Assembly (NCBI RefSeq): GCF_009834535.1 | Contig: NC_045696.1 | Span: 43,340,001-43,404,000 of the forward strand | Direction: 5' to 3' | From: Camelus ferus | Lineage: Eukaryota | Length of the DNA stretch: 64,000 nt | In this document: positions 1 through 11,449 of the stretch, piece after piece | How positions within the stretch are numbered: position 1 is the first letter of the stretch | Layout: every line of letters begins with the position of its first letter | Translations under genes and position numbers: made by a program | The notes under the pieces: model-generated | The model's database searches: none | Told to the model about the DNA's origin: nothing | What the model saw: the letters and a program-made list of their open reading frames with translations, nothing else

Positions 1-1108
1 GAACAGCCTGTTAAAACAGATTCTACACAGAAGCAAGCAAAAGAATTTAGCTATTTTCCATTAAGCTGCACATTACAGAGGTTTGTAAAAATAGAAAACA
101 ATAACATAATTCTCACAATTGAATTTTTTGAAAATTGTATTTATTTTTTATAAAATTATAATCTCTGTGATCATGTCACAGGTTTATTTTATTCTTAAAA
201 TAATTACTTCAAACATTTTCTCATTTAAAAATTTTAATATAGTATATATTGATAGATATAATTCATATAAACAAATTAATTTGAGATCTTCAAAAATTTT
301 GAACTTTGTAAAGAAATTTTAAGTTATTTATCTTTTCACTGAGAGCTACTTAATTAACTTCCACTTGGTTTTCCCTAGTCTTTCCCACAATGGTGACTTA
401 CATTCTGAATTTTCTGGCTACCTTGCAATAAATTCAATTTGATATTTTGAAGTACAGTAGTTATTTCCAAAAAGGTAAAATCACTGAGTATTTTCTTACC
501 TAGGAAGTACTTTAGAGTTACATTTGGTATTTTACCTAAGGGAACCTTCCATTCCCCCTATAAATACCGAAAATATAAAGTTATTATGAAAAAAATAAAT
601 AATTTGTTCATAATATAGCTTGTTACGTAAGATAAAAGGTCTTAACACATGAACTCATGAATTTTAAGAACATTCTTACACTGACTTCTTCATATCCTAG
701 CACCAACATCTAAATATACCCCAAGAAGTCAATTATTTTTCAGTGGTCTTTAAGGTCCAGTTTAATTTTTTTTTTCAGAAAGCCTTGGAATGATGGGCCA
801 ATATGATGAAAGAATGGGATCTCAGATTGGGTGAGGAAGGAGTTGAAGTGTAGAATAATTTCTGTTTGATTTTCAGAAAGAGGCTGAGCTTGATTGTGGT
901 AGGCCTTGGCTTGATGAAGTTTTTATTTCTCTGCTTACAGCCTATGCAGATCAACCTGTTTCATATCTTTCTTTTGTTATTTGTTATTATCAAATATTTT
1001 TAACAGAATCCTATATTAGAAAAATAGATGTTTTAATATTATAAATTTCAGGACCCTGGTAACAAATTAGTGTGTTCTTTTTTAGATACTTTCATCTTAA
1101 AATCTACG

Positions 1109-1618
1109 TGCCATCAAGAACTCTGGAGGGCCTCAGATTTTACATTTGCTTGCAAGATAACCCATTAGCCAACCAGTTTTGAAGACCCTGGCAGAAGACT
1201 TAAGATTCTAGAGTCAGAGACAGAGGACTTCAGCAATCATAGCACAGCAGGCACCATGAACTTTATGTCACACCTGATCTCCCTGGCCCCCAAGTCTCAC
1301 ATGATGCAGGCTTCTGGTTGCTACACACACAGCAGATTTTCATCTCAGCTGAAGAAATCTGAGTTCTCGATATCAGGGAATCACTGATATTGTAAGGGAC
1401 CTGCTAACAACTTGCTCAACATTTGCCCCAGGAGGAGACATCATCTTAAACAAATCTGCCCTCTCCTCCTTCTGCCCAGGAGAGAGACATGGTCCCTATC
1501 TTCCAAGGTGGTTTGATAGTCAATCATCCTTGAATAGACACTGCAGAAGGAAAGCTGTGAATACCTTCCTCTCTGTAGACTTTCAGAAAGGAGAAAATCA
1601 TGGAGAATAGGAGAAACA
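1109..1618 (-). mobile_element. ERVL-class solo LTR, LTR40-like
   Basis: Collinear with the reverse of the remembered LTR40 consensus: GAGGGCCTCAGATTTTAC..TTGCAAG, CTGGCAGAAGAC, GTCAGAGACAGAGGACTT, CACAGCAGGCA, CCCCCAAGTC, TATCTTCCAAGG, CATCCTTGAA, CATGGAGAA. Confidence 0.7.
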
Positions 1619-3072
1619 GGATAAAACCATTTTCTTTCAGCACCATGGATGGCCCCAGCTCCTTCCTCTTCCATGGAAAATATTTCTGTAATTGTTTCCC
1701 ATTCCTCTTCTACATCATTCTGCTATTCAGATAAATGCTACCTGACTTGCGGTGTAAACCAACAGAACAGTTTGAACTGCCGCCCAGGTAATAATCTCTA
1801 CAAAAGCAAGAACCACCCTCTGTTATTCAAACTGTCACAGAAAAGTTCTGAAAAACAGCATGATGAAGCGTAACTTACACTTCTCTCCTCTGAAGAAGGC
1901 TTTTTCCTCTCTAGGAAGTCTTACTGAAATCTTGGCTTTGGTTTCCATTCTATGGCCTAAGGAGTTTCCTTCTCTCATGAGAGGGGTTAGTTATTTAGTA
2001 AAGGTATACACAATTCTCTCTGGTATTGTTTCAATGCTGTCAATATGACATATTTTGAAAGAAATGAACAAAGGAGAACATATCAGAAGATGTAGAATGA
2101 CACTCTCACTCTATCCCAAGGTATGCCATACAATTGCAAAGTTCCATAGACATATAATTTTCATACAAACTCCATTCAGTTTTGGATAAAATGGAAAGCA
2201 CACTGGTATATTCCACCTATGAGTTCAAAAGCTGCAGCTGATTTAGATTGTGATTGTATGAATTTTAAATTTTTTTCACCCAATCTTTAAGCCTCAGACC
2301 AATAACTTTGCCCTAATTCCTATTGTCATTCAACATGTTTAAATATGACATAGAGGTTAAAAGACAAAACTGTTCCATGAATGAAATGATACTGCAGATG
2401 TCAATGATAATGATTAATAGAATTAAAAAAGGAAATAAAGACATGCAACGATGGGGACAGCTATGAGTGGTGGAGCTATTTTGTTGTACCATCACTACAC
2501 AGAGGGAGAGTTTAGGAGCTGCAAAAGTTGATTAAGATGAAAAGGAAAGAAATGACAGTTAATCTGTATTTCAATGGCTTTGCATAAAGCTTGAAGTACA
2601 GGGGAGATATAACATGACCCATTCTATTCTCAGAAAGTTTTCTAACTCTTCCAGATACAAAGATCTGAGACAGAGGATGACAGAGAAGATACAGTGTGAA
2701 GGAGAAGATGAAGGTAGTCTGGTAAAAAGAATAAATAAGTGATAACTTTTAGGAAACCTATGAAGAGCTATGACTGTGTAACATATGAACTTATGAAGTG
2801 AATTAATGAAGGTGTAACGTAAATGTATAATAGTAGAGGAAGCTTTCACGTTGTTCTTTCTACCCAGACCTCTCCTTATATAAGGATTTATACTCCTTGA
2901 TCATGATATTCCATATCCTATAACTATGAGAAATTGTATTATCATTACTCATTCTTCACTCCTACCCATTCTCCTTGCCGAGTGATTTTGCTGTTCCTCT
3001 TACTCTATTAAGATGTATAATCCCCCTCCTTGGGTCTGGACTGTCATGTGTCACATGACTTTCTTTGGACAA

Positions 3073-3678
3073 TGTGCACAGCACAAGCCTAGTAAACATG
3101 CACATGAGATGCATGTGTTCCAAGAAAGGACTTACTGCAAAGAATCACTCTTTCCAATATGGTTTAGGTAAAATTCATGGACACTTCCCCTTGTTTACCA
3201 ATGACAAGTCCAGATACAGATCTTCCAAATTCCCATGTCTACCTTGTAAATGATTAACTGAAATGTTAATCTGGACTCACTGTCCAATCTGGATGAAATG
3301 CTCCACTTGACCAAACTTCACTTAAATCTTTTCTCTTTTCTCCAAATTCATAAAGTTGCATCCACACTCAGCCTAAGGCAGCACACAACTTCTCTTTGAT
3401 GGCCTCTCCTGAGTATAGGCTAACCACAAGGACAGACATTCTCTGATCAACAGTCTAAACAGCATCCCCTGCCTCATATCTTAGCCTTGTTTAGTCCTCC
3501 CTATGAAAAAAAAGCCCTTTTCTGCCTGAACTTTGAGACACTTGCAGATCTTATAGTCAGAGTATTCTTGTTGCAACAGCCCCTTTAACCCTATTTCATT
3601 AGCATCATTTTCCCTATTTCAATAATCTTTTTGCATGACACATTTCCTTTCCTAAGTCCAGATTTGTTTTTATTTAAG
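3073..3678 (+). mobile_element. ERV1 (MER4-group) 5' LTR, MER67-like
   Basis: Diagnostic blocks CCCCTTGTTTACCAATGACAAGTCCAGATACAGATCTTCCAAATTCCCAT, AAAGCCCTTTTCTG..TTTGAGACACTTGCAGATCTTATAGTCAGAG and the end CCTAAGTCCAGATTTGTTTTTATTT. Confidence 0.75.
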
Positions 3679-3880
3679 AGTTTGCTGCTGCTGTGCCTCA
3701 GATGGCATGCCAACCACTCTGCAGACCCTGCTGTATTAATACTGGTTTCTTAGACCCTTTGTGTCCTTCTCCAGCTGGGGAATCCAGCTCCACAGTAGTT
3801 ATTCGGAACTCCTAATCTAGTGCTCCAGACATCTGTCTGTTACAGCATCAAGAGAAATTATTTTCTTTTAGGTGGGAATC

Positions 3881-3902
3881 TTTTTTTTTTTTTTTTTTTT
3901 TT
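3881..3902. repeat. T22 homopolymer
   Basis: 22 consecutive T inside the ERV leader. Confidence 0.95.
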
Positions 3903-4100
3903 GGCTTCTTTGTGAAGCCTCTTTTAAGTTTTCCTTCAGCCTCTTTAACCTAGGGATTATGGAAGGTAATCTCATCATTCCTCAAACCCATCGATTGGAT
4001 AGGGGTATTTCTTCATCTTTCAACTTGGAGACTGTGTGAGAAGATTAATTGATCATGGCTCTTTCCTGGCCTGGCCCATCTGATTTAATTATCTCATCCT

Positions 4101-4261
4101 ATGGGTGACTCTCATTCCTCTTTTGGTGACTACATGCTTCACATTATGGTACTCATTCAGTTCATTATCTCCAACAATGGCAAAATTTTACTAAAGATTA
4201 TTCAGAATTACCATGGATATTGTGGGATATTTGGACACTCCTCAAACTGCCTCATCTAAGA
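4101..4261 (+). pseudogene. Degenerate ERV1 gag N-terminus (matrix), one frameshift
   Basis: ATG at 4101 gives MGDSHSSFGDYML. After a 1-nt shift at ~4139 it reads SHYGTHSVHYLQQWQNFTKDYSELPWILWDIWTLLKLPHLR, resembling the gamma-like gag MA pattern W..TK...L.W..WG..L.K..HL. Confidence 0.6.
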
Positions 4262-7028
4262 TCTCTCTTTTCCCCTTACTCCCATTACTCTTTCCTTTCC
4301 TCCACATCCCACCGTATTTTCAGTTCCTTTGAGTCCTTTGATTTGTTCCCCTTTGACACCTGTACCTCCTCCTCCATTCTGTTCACCTCTGCCAGACCTT
4401 CCCCTCCCCACAACAGCCCCTGAGCTCCCTATGGTTAATTCTCTCTCAAGAAGCTCAGGGAACCCCAGGAGCAACCACTTTAGGTGAAAATGTTAGTTGG
4501 AAACAGATTAGATATTTTACTCCTCAGATGAGCTTTGAAGACACTGTGGTGTTCTCTTGGTCTCTCTTCAGTCCTTTACTCAAAATTTAGGCCATGGCCT
4601 CCATAAGACTATACACCAGAACAGAGGAAATCTTAAAGCTGTCCTCCACAAATATTGGTGGGGATGCTATTAAGCAGGTAAACTCAACTGTCCCATCTTC
4701 CAGAAACACAATCCTGGTAAAGAATGTAAAGGCGGGCAAGACAAAAGATAGCTCTTTTATACGATTCAGTTGATTGAAATTATAGAATTGAAGCTATAAG
4801 CTCTCCATTTTTGTCTGTCTTGGTATCTGTATATTATGTACGTATGTATGTGTGTAGATTATATACATGTAATATTTACCAATCTTCCATTGGTATTACC
4901 AAATCTGATTATAAAATTCCTTTTAGAAGCTCCATTCTAAATTTTTTAGAGTTAAACACTTAATAAATTTAATATTCCTAAAGTTCTCAGAAATTAAACA
5001 TATTTAACTTTCAGAACTTTCAAAAGCATTCTTATAGAAAATAACCCCAATGTTTTAAGAGTTCAAGTTTACATAACTTAGGTACATCTTAGGCAAAGAC
5101 GTTTAATGTTGTTGGTTTAATAAAAACAGCGAGGTCTACCGAGATATCACTATTAAATGTAACACAAGCATACATTTTTATTCTACATCCTAAATTTACT
5201 CAAGTTCTAAATAAGAGAAATGGTTCACTCCTCCCTTATTTGCATGTGTAGTGTGTTCTTTCTCTTTAGTTCTTGACTTAGCCAGTTCCTCAGTGAGTAC
5301 TTGCCTAAAAACCTAACTAACTTACACAAACCCAGCAAGGTATACTTTCCTGACATTGTTTATACCACAGTAGTTATGTGAAATGAAATTTGTAAAAATT
5401 AATTGCTATCTGCTTTTATTCTTTCCCAATCACCAAACAAGTGCTCCATGATACTAAAGATCATGTCAAGCTTGTTTATCCATGGCCTATCATACTAGCT
5501 GACCATTTATTGCATAAATGTGTGAAAATACTTTACTGTAAAGGTTAATACAATTTTTATTTTAAAATAACAATTTAGTACAAAATTAATTTACATTTTA
5601 GCAAAGTTCATGAAGCTTGGTGATTAGGAATAAATAAATCGCAGCCAAGAAACAGCCTGACGGCAATTTAACATTAGTGCAAGCAAGGTACTTAGGAGAA
5701 AAAAAAGTCGTTTGATTCCAATCTGTGCAAACTTTGATCAGAAAAGTGACAATAAATAGCACAAGATTAATTCAGTCAAAGCATTCAAGTTAGTTGTGCA
5801 TGTAGATGCAGACATAATCTCTTCTTTGCCTTATCATTTTTAATGACAGTTTTGGAAGCTGCAAATCTTCTACCACTACCATGTAAGCATTCAGAGAATC
5901 AATTATTGAAAAAAATCCAATTTCCTAAAATAAATCTTGAAGCAATAGATTGGATTTGCCTTCCCCGCCCATTAGTAATTCAAAAGTTTAATGATGACTT
6001 CTCTCAGTCTGATGAGCTGCTGATAGAATTGTCAGTTTTGTTCTAAGAATTGTATGCTTTTTCTTTCCGTGATGTTAACAGAACAATCATTGAACAACTC
6101 TTGAGCTGTGATTGCAAAGGAATACTCTGACCTTGACTATAGACTGCATATTTATTGGCAAATGTGTACAGTCCTTTTAATTATTCTTTTATTGTTGTCA
6201 AGAAAGAAATTAAAATATGATATAATCATAGGTATACTCTAGTAATAAGCATCACTATGATTTTATATAGTATTTTGTAACTGTCACAGTTTGAATAACA
6301 TTCCTAAATCTCTAATAGGAAGAGTAATAACTGATCCATATCAGTTTCAGAAAGATGTTGTAAGCATCAACCAGATAATGAATGTAAGAGTTTAAGGTCC
6401 CTAGAAAACCAACCAAAAAAATACTGGTTTATTACTAGTCATCAACTGGTTAAATCAATTTTAGATGCCAGGCTCATATAATATATACAAATAAACTTAT
6501 TTTTAGTTATAAAACAATTCTCTACAATTTTCATTAAGAATTTAAGTGATAGAAAATATTGACTCAAAAAGCTTAAATGTTGCAAATGTCTTTTATATCT
6601 TTCTTGTCCCACGTTTTTGACTGACTTCCTATTTCCCGCTTATTGATTTCCTCACTTACTAATAAGATGATGAAATAATAAGTAGAACTGAATTTTTTAC
6701 AACTTTAAAGTTCTATGAATTCAATATAAATATTTTGAAACCTTCCTACAGATTGTAAAGCACAGATATAATTATTGATATTTTATACTTCCTTTCCATA
6801 TTTAATAAATAATTATTTCCATGTTTATATTGAACAAAATGAAATAATGTTTTCTTATTAAACAAACTGCCCATTGAAGCATAAAAAAGAAAGAGAAGTA
6901 CATATAACTTAAAACTAACAGTTTATAAGCTTAAAATATTCCATATACTGATATGTGTTTTATTTGTTCCACTCGTTTAATAATCATAGAATATAACTTA
7001 TTTAAGTATTTGTACAATACAGATAATA

Positions 7029-7147
7029 TTTACAAATGAGAAAACTGAAGCACAGAGAGGTTAAGCAACTTGTGTGAGGTCACACAGCTAGTAAGTTCAG
7101 CACTGAGATTGAACCCAAGCAGTCAGGCTCCAGAATCTGTTCTTTTT
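7029..7147 (-). mobile_element. MIR SINE
   Basis: Reverse MIR core: TTTACAAATGAGAAAACTGAAGCACAGAGAGGTTAAGCAACTTG..GGTCACACAGCTAGTAAGT..TTGAACCCAAGCAGTCAGGCTCCAGA. Confidence 0.9.
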
Positions 7148-10100
7148 GCAATTTCTTTATAAAGCCTCTCACTAACTCATGAAATTGACAGAATTATAAA
7201 AAATGATGTTGGACATTTGAGGAAATATCTTTTTTTGACAAAAACAGGAATTTCCTTGAATGGAAATATCTGAATATAACTTGTTCAGAGACCACCGTCA
7301 TGTGTTATCCTCACTTTTTAATTCTTTGAAACTTTAACAATTAAAGAATTGTGAAGCTATCACAATCAGAAAGCAAGAACAGTAATAATGGAACCAGTGA
7401 CTTGTCTCTTATTTCTGACTCTATCACAGATTCTTTAGGTGACATTATGACTAGAACATACTTACCAACATTAATTTCAACTAGAAAACCATTTGCACTA
7501 CTTAAGTCTTGTAAAGTGAAGGATTTTAATATTCCCTTCTTCTTCAGTGACATTAGGCTCTCTTGATTACCTCCATGAGTCCAATATCACTCCTTGAGAA
7601 ACATAATGAAAGCAGTGAACTTCAGAGAACATAGCAGGTATTCTTTCAATACGTCCCAGATCTTACACCTCACATTTGCTCATCTAATTTTTAAGAATTT
7701 CAAAGTAATCAATTTAAGTTCTTTGCAAAAGAGCTTTGTCTTTCCATATTTTCTCCCCTATATTTTCATTTATAATATCACTTAGATCCACTCTTACCAT
7801 TTCCATCACTGTCCTTTTGTATCAATTCACATATAACACTTTTTAACTATCAAGACCCTCAAGATGAACTGGTTAAAATCCTGAGCTGTGACCACAATTT
7901 CAGAGAGATTATAATTAAATAAAATAAAAGGAATTATTTATAGTTTGGAATGGCAAACTTTCCTCAATTGTACTACATGTCCTGAAACAAAACTTTTCAT
8001 TTGTCCTCCGTAATTCTGACTAGACACAAAAGAGAAGGTTGCTAGATAAGGCTACTGACTGGATAAGGTTAATGCCTACTAGACAGTTGAACCACTGAAA
8101 AAAAATTATGTACTTTATGCAAATAATTATATGAATGCAACAGAGAAATAATAATTTTAGGACAACAATTTTTTATATTATTTCTATGGAAATCTTATTT
8201 TTCCTCATGTAAACACAATGAAATTTGGCTGTGCTTTGGAAGTAAGGAATTATGCCAAGAAACTGAGTCACATTTCCAGTACTTCACAATGTCATGTTCT
8301 TCATATGAAAAATGAAGAGCTTATCCTAATAACCATCTTCCTAAGGCAAAATAAAACATCTAAGTACAGATGAAGTGGCCTCATGAGAAATCTTAATAGA
8401 GAAAATAGTTACCCTGGAGTTCATACTGATGGAATTGAAGCTTTGTAGTTCCCATTAAGAAAGAGATATAGCCATATCTCTAATGCTTTATTCACATCCA
8501 AAAAGGAAAGGTTAAACATTTTTTATTGTTATCTCCTAAACAATAAGTATAGATATCAATAATGGTAGATATCAAAGCTCCAAGATAGCCAAAGCTAATG
8601 TTTACATCCTGGGGTGACTATTTTCACCTAACAACAATTCCTTCCAAGCCTTTTGTCTTCCTTATAGTAACAATCACTTTTTTTCTAGTAGCAAGTGTAA
8701 AACTAAAGCCTAAAATTGAGCTGATCAGAAATAGAGCCACACAGCATGGTCCCATGACTACCTCACAATGGAGAGGGGTTGGGTTCATTACTAAAATAGG
8801 GAGTCAACTTGGGATCTATTGATTAGTTCTGTCATTGTAGGGTGAATCATCAGATTTCCTGTGGAGTTATTCTGGACTTTATACTAGCTAAATCCAATCA
8901 AGGGACTTGTATTAGAATAGTCAAATTTTGGAGGAAAAAAATAAAAATAAATCAAAAATTTTAAAGTGTGTTATTTTCCTGTACAAGATTTTCATTATCT
9001 TCTATATCTCAAGAATACATATCACATTTTAATTTTTTTTGTTTAGTTTTTCTTGACTCTAACCAGACCTTGTCACAGCAAGCGAAAGAAAATCTGTATT
9101 GGAGGAGACCCCAGTAATGAAAAGTGTGAGTTTGAAACAATCAATGATATTTGGATAACAGAAAACATGGTTCAAAATTTAACCATAACTCAATTAATTA
9201 TAAATCTACAGCAGTGATGAGAGTTTATCAGTTATACCCAGTAAGTTTTAAATATTGTCTCCCTGTACTGTTTCTACATGAAAGAATATAATATGCTCCC
9301 ATAGAGCTTGCTTGATTTATTGGGAACAATAATACGTATTTTGAAAAATGAGTTCTGTGAGCATTGATGAAAAAGACTGAGCAAGCCCAGAAGGGGTGGT
9401 TACACCCGGCTGCATAAATAATGCATTAAAAATCTGTTCCCACTCTAAAGCACAAGTAAAATTTTCCTAATGATACTCGAAATGTTAATTCTTAAACTCT
9501 TTCTCAGTTAGGAACATCATCATCATTTTCTCTTTTGAGATAATTTACTTAAAATTTAAAGATCAGTTCTTAAATAAACTGGTATTTTTTAATGGATTTT
9601 TTTTTTTTGTTTACAGTTATGCTTTATTTTTCAATTACAAATGGCACCATAGCAAAATTATTTCCCAGTAAATGTATGTTCAGGGTAAACTTTCAGTTCA
9701 TATATTCTGTTTTGGAATTTGGAAGTTTAGAGTTTTGGGTTTAAATATGAAGCTAAGAAACTGAGTTCACAAAATACCCTATAAATAAAACTAGCAAACT
9801 GTTCAAATTTGGTTTAACAAAGAAGTTAATGTGAATTAATAAAATAGTTTCATAATAGGAAAACTGTGAAATGTATTTTTGGAAATCTGTATTAATTACT
9901 AGATAAAAATCATTTGCAAGTGGCGTAAAACAATTTGTAAATAGCTTTAAGGAGCTAGTATACTTTTTTCTCTTAACATATTACGATTCTCTTAACTTGC
10001 TTAGTGTATTTATTTTCTTAATTAGTCCTTCCTTCAGTCTGGAAGAGCTGGGCTCAGTCCAGTCATACCACAGTAGACAATAACATCATCTAATCAGAAA

Positions 10101-10430
10101 ACTGAAATTACAGTATATAATTCATGCTGCATATATGATTTTAAAGTACAGCAAAGATCATTTGTTATCCATTATTATTTCATTCTTCAATGGAAGTTTA
10201 TCAGTTTAGTATTTTTTTTTCCATTTTCAGAGTTCATCTCTTCTGTTACCTCAAATAGATTTAATCCTGACTTTTTGAGATTTTGAGTCTGTCAAAGGTT
10301 GATTTTTTTATACTTGTCTACCCTCTCAAAAATATAAAGTTCCAATTTCAGTTTAGAAAAAAAATCATTCTTGTTTTGTTTCTTCTAATATTTTAATGAT
10401 GCCTCTCTGAAAACTCATATCTCAGAAAAT

Positions 10431-10474
10431 TCTAATACTCATTTTCTCTAATACTCATTTTCTCTAATACTCAT
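10431..10474. repeat. 16-bp tandem repeat, 2.75 copies
   Basis: TCTAATACTCATTTTC x2 followed by TCTAATACTCAT. Confidence 0.9.
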
Positions 10475-10744
10475 AAGACTCTAATTTTGAATAGTTTGCA
10501 GCACCACAGTGCAAATCTCTGCCCTGACAGAAAAGGCATTTTCATTTTATTTCACTGCAGAGAATAGAGACATGAAACTACAAGAAGAAATCCTACATGT
10601 GTGCAAACGCATACCTCAGAAGCCCACACCCTACCTCTACATCCCCTTGCTATGAATGCAATATGTTAATATGAAAGCAGTATATTCACATGCATTTTCA
10701 TGTTGCATAGCTAATGGGTGACTTGGTGATAAGTACCTTCATTA

Positions 10745-10895
10745 GTTATCTCATTTAATTCTCCCCAACAACTCTTTGAGGCAAGAGCCTTCATTATCAA
10801 CATTTCCCAGAGGCGGAAATACATTTAGATTAGAAAAAAATACCATTTGCAAAAACTGGTAAGTGTAAGGGCAGAATTTAAACTCAGATCTGATG
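10745..10895 (-). mobile_element. MIR SINE (diverged)
   Basis: TTATCTCATTTAATTCTCCCCAACAACTCTTTGAGG and GGCAGAATTTAAACTCAGATCTG. Confidence 0.6.
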
Positions 10896-11421
10896 GTTCT
10901 TGAGCATTCCATCTGCCTTTCTGCAGCTCAGAGGAGTCCATTAGGTGAACACCACCCTCCCTACCACTCCAAGGAGTCACAAGCATGCCTCCAATGCTGA
11001 TCAACACAATCTTTGATAGACTGGAGGATGCATGTTAATATGTGAGACAGGAGATACTCTCCAGTAAGAAAAAATGATGGTAGAACATCATACCTCTAAG
11101 AAACTTCAGAGCCAGTTTAGCTGTAAGTATGAAAGGAAGAAGCACTCAGACAACTTAACTCTACTTCATGTAACACAACCATGGAATAATTTAGCTCATG
11201 TGACATCCTTAAGCCTTCCCCAATATCAGCTGTCTGTGTCTGTCCTCATCTCAGCGATACCCTCAGGACTTGATTTCCTGCCTCCAACCATCGCCTTTAA
11301 ATGCATTACTTACCACTCTCTGGTATTATTGCCTTGTAGATTTCCCTTTTCATTTTGCCCACTAGCCTTTATGCCTCCATTTGACCATTTCCTTCTGAAA
11401 CTATGTGAAACTTAGTGAATA

Positions 11422-11449
11422 TCATATACAAGTTGTCATATACAAGTTG
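11422..11449. repeat. 14-bp perfect tandem duplication
   Basis: TCATATACAAGTTG x2. Confidence 0.9.

Larger units (their letters stand above)
3679..5210 (+). mobile_element. ERV1 internal sequence (MER4-group int-like), 3' truncated, no second LTR seen
   Basis: Directly follows the LTR and contains a gag remnant. Also has the AT-rich MER4-int-like segment (GTATTACCAAA..TTATAAAATTCC, AGTTCAAGTTTACATAACTTAGGTA, TTGGTTTAATAAAAACAGC). Confidence 0.6.

Noticed and set aside
7341..7566. Overlapping opposite-strand ORFs (70 and 71 aa)
   Set aside because: No homology recognised, no convincing splice sites, and the length is expected by chance
10431..10474. CRISPR-like array among the short direct repeats (also 39428 and 44229)
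   Set aside because: Adjacent tandem copies without spacers, no cas genes, and the DNA is mammalian
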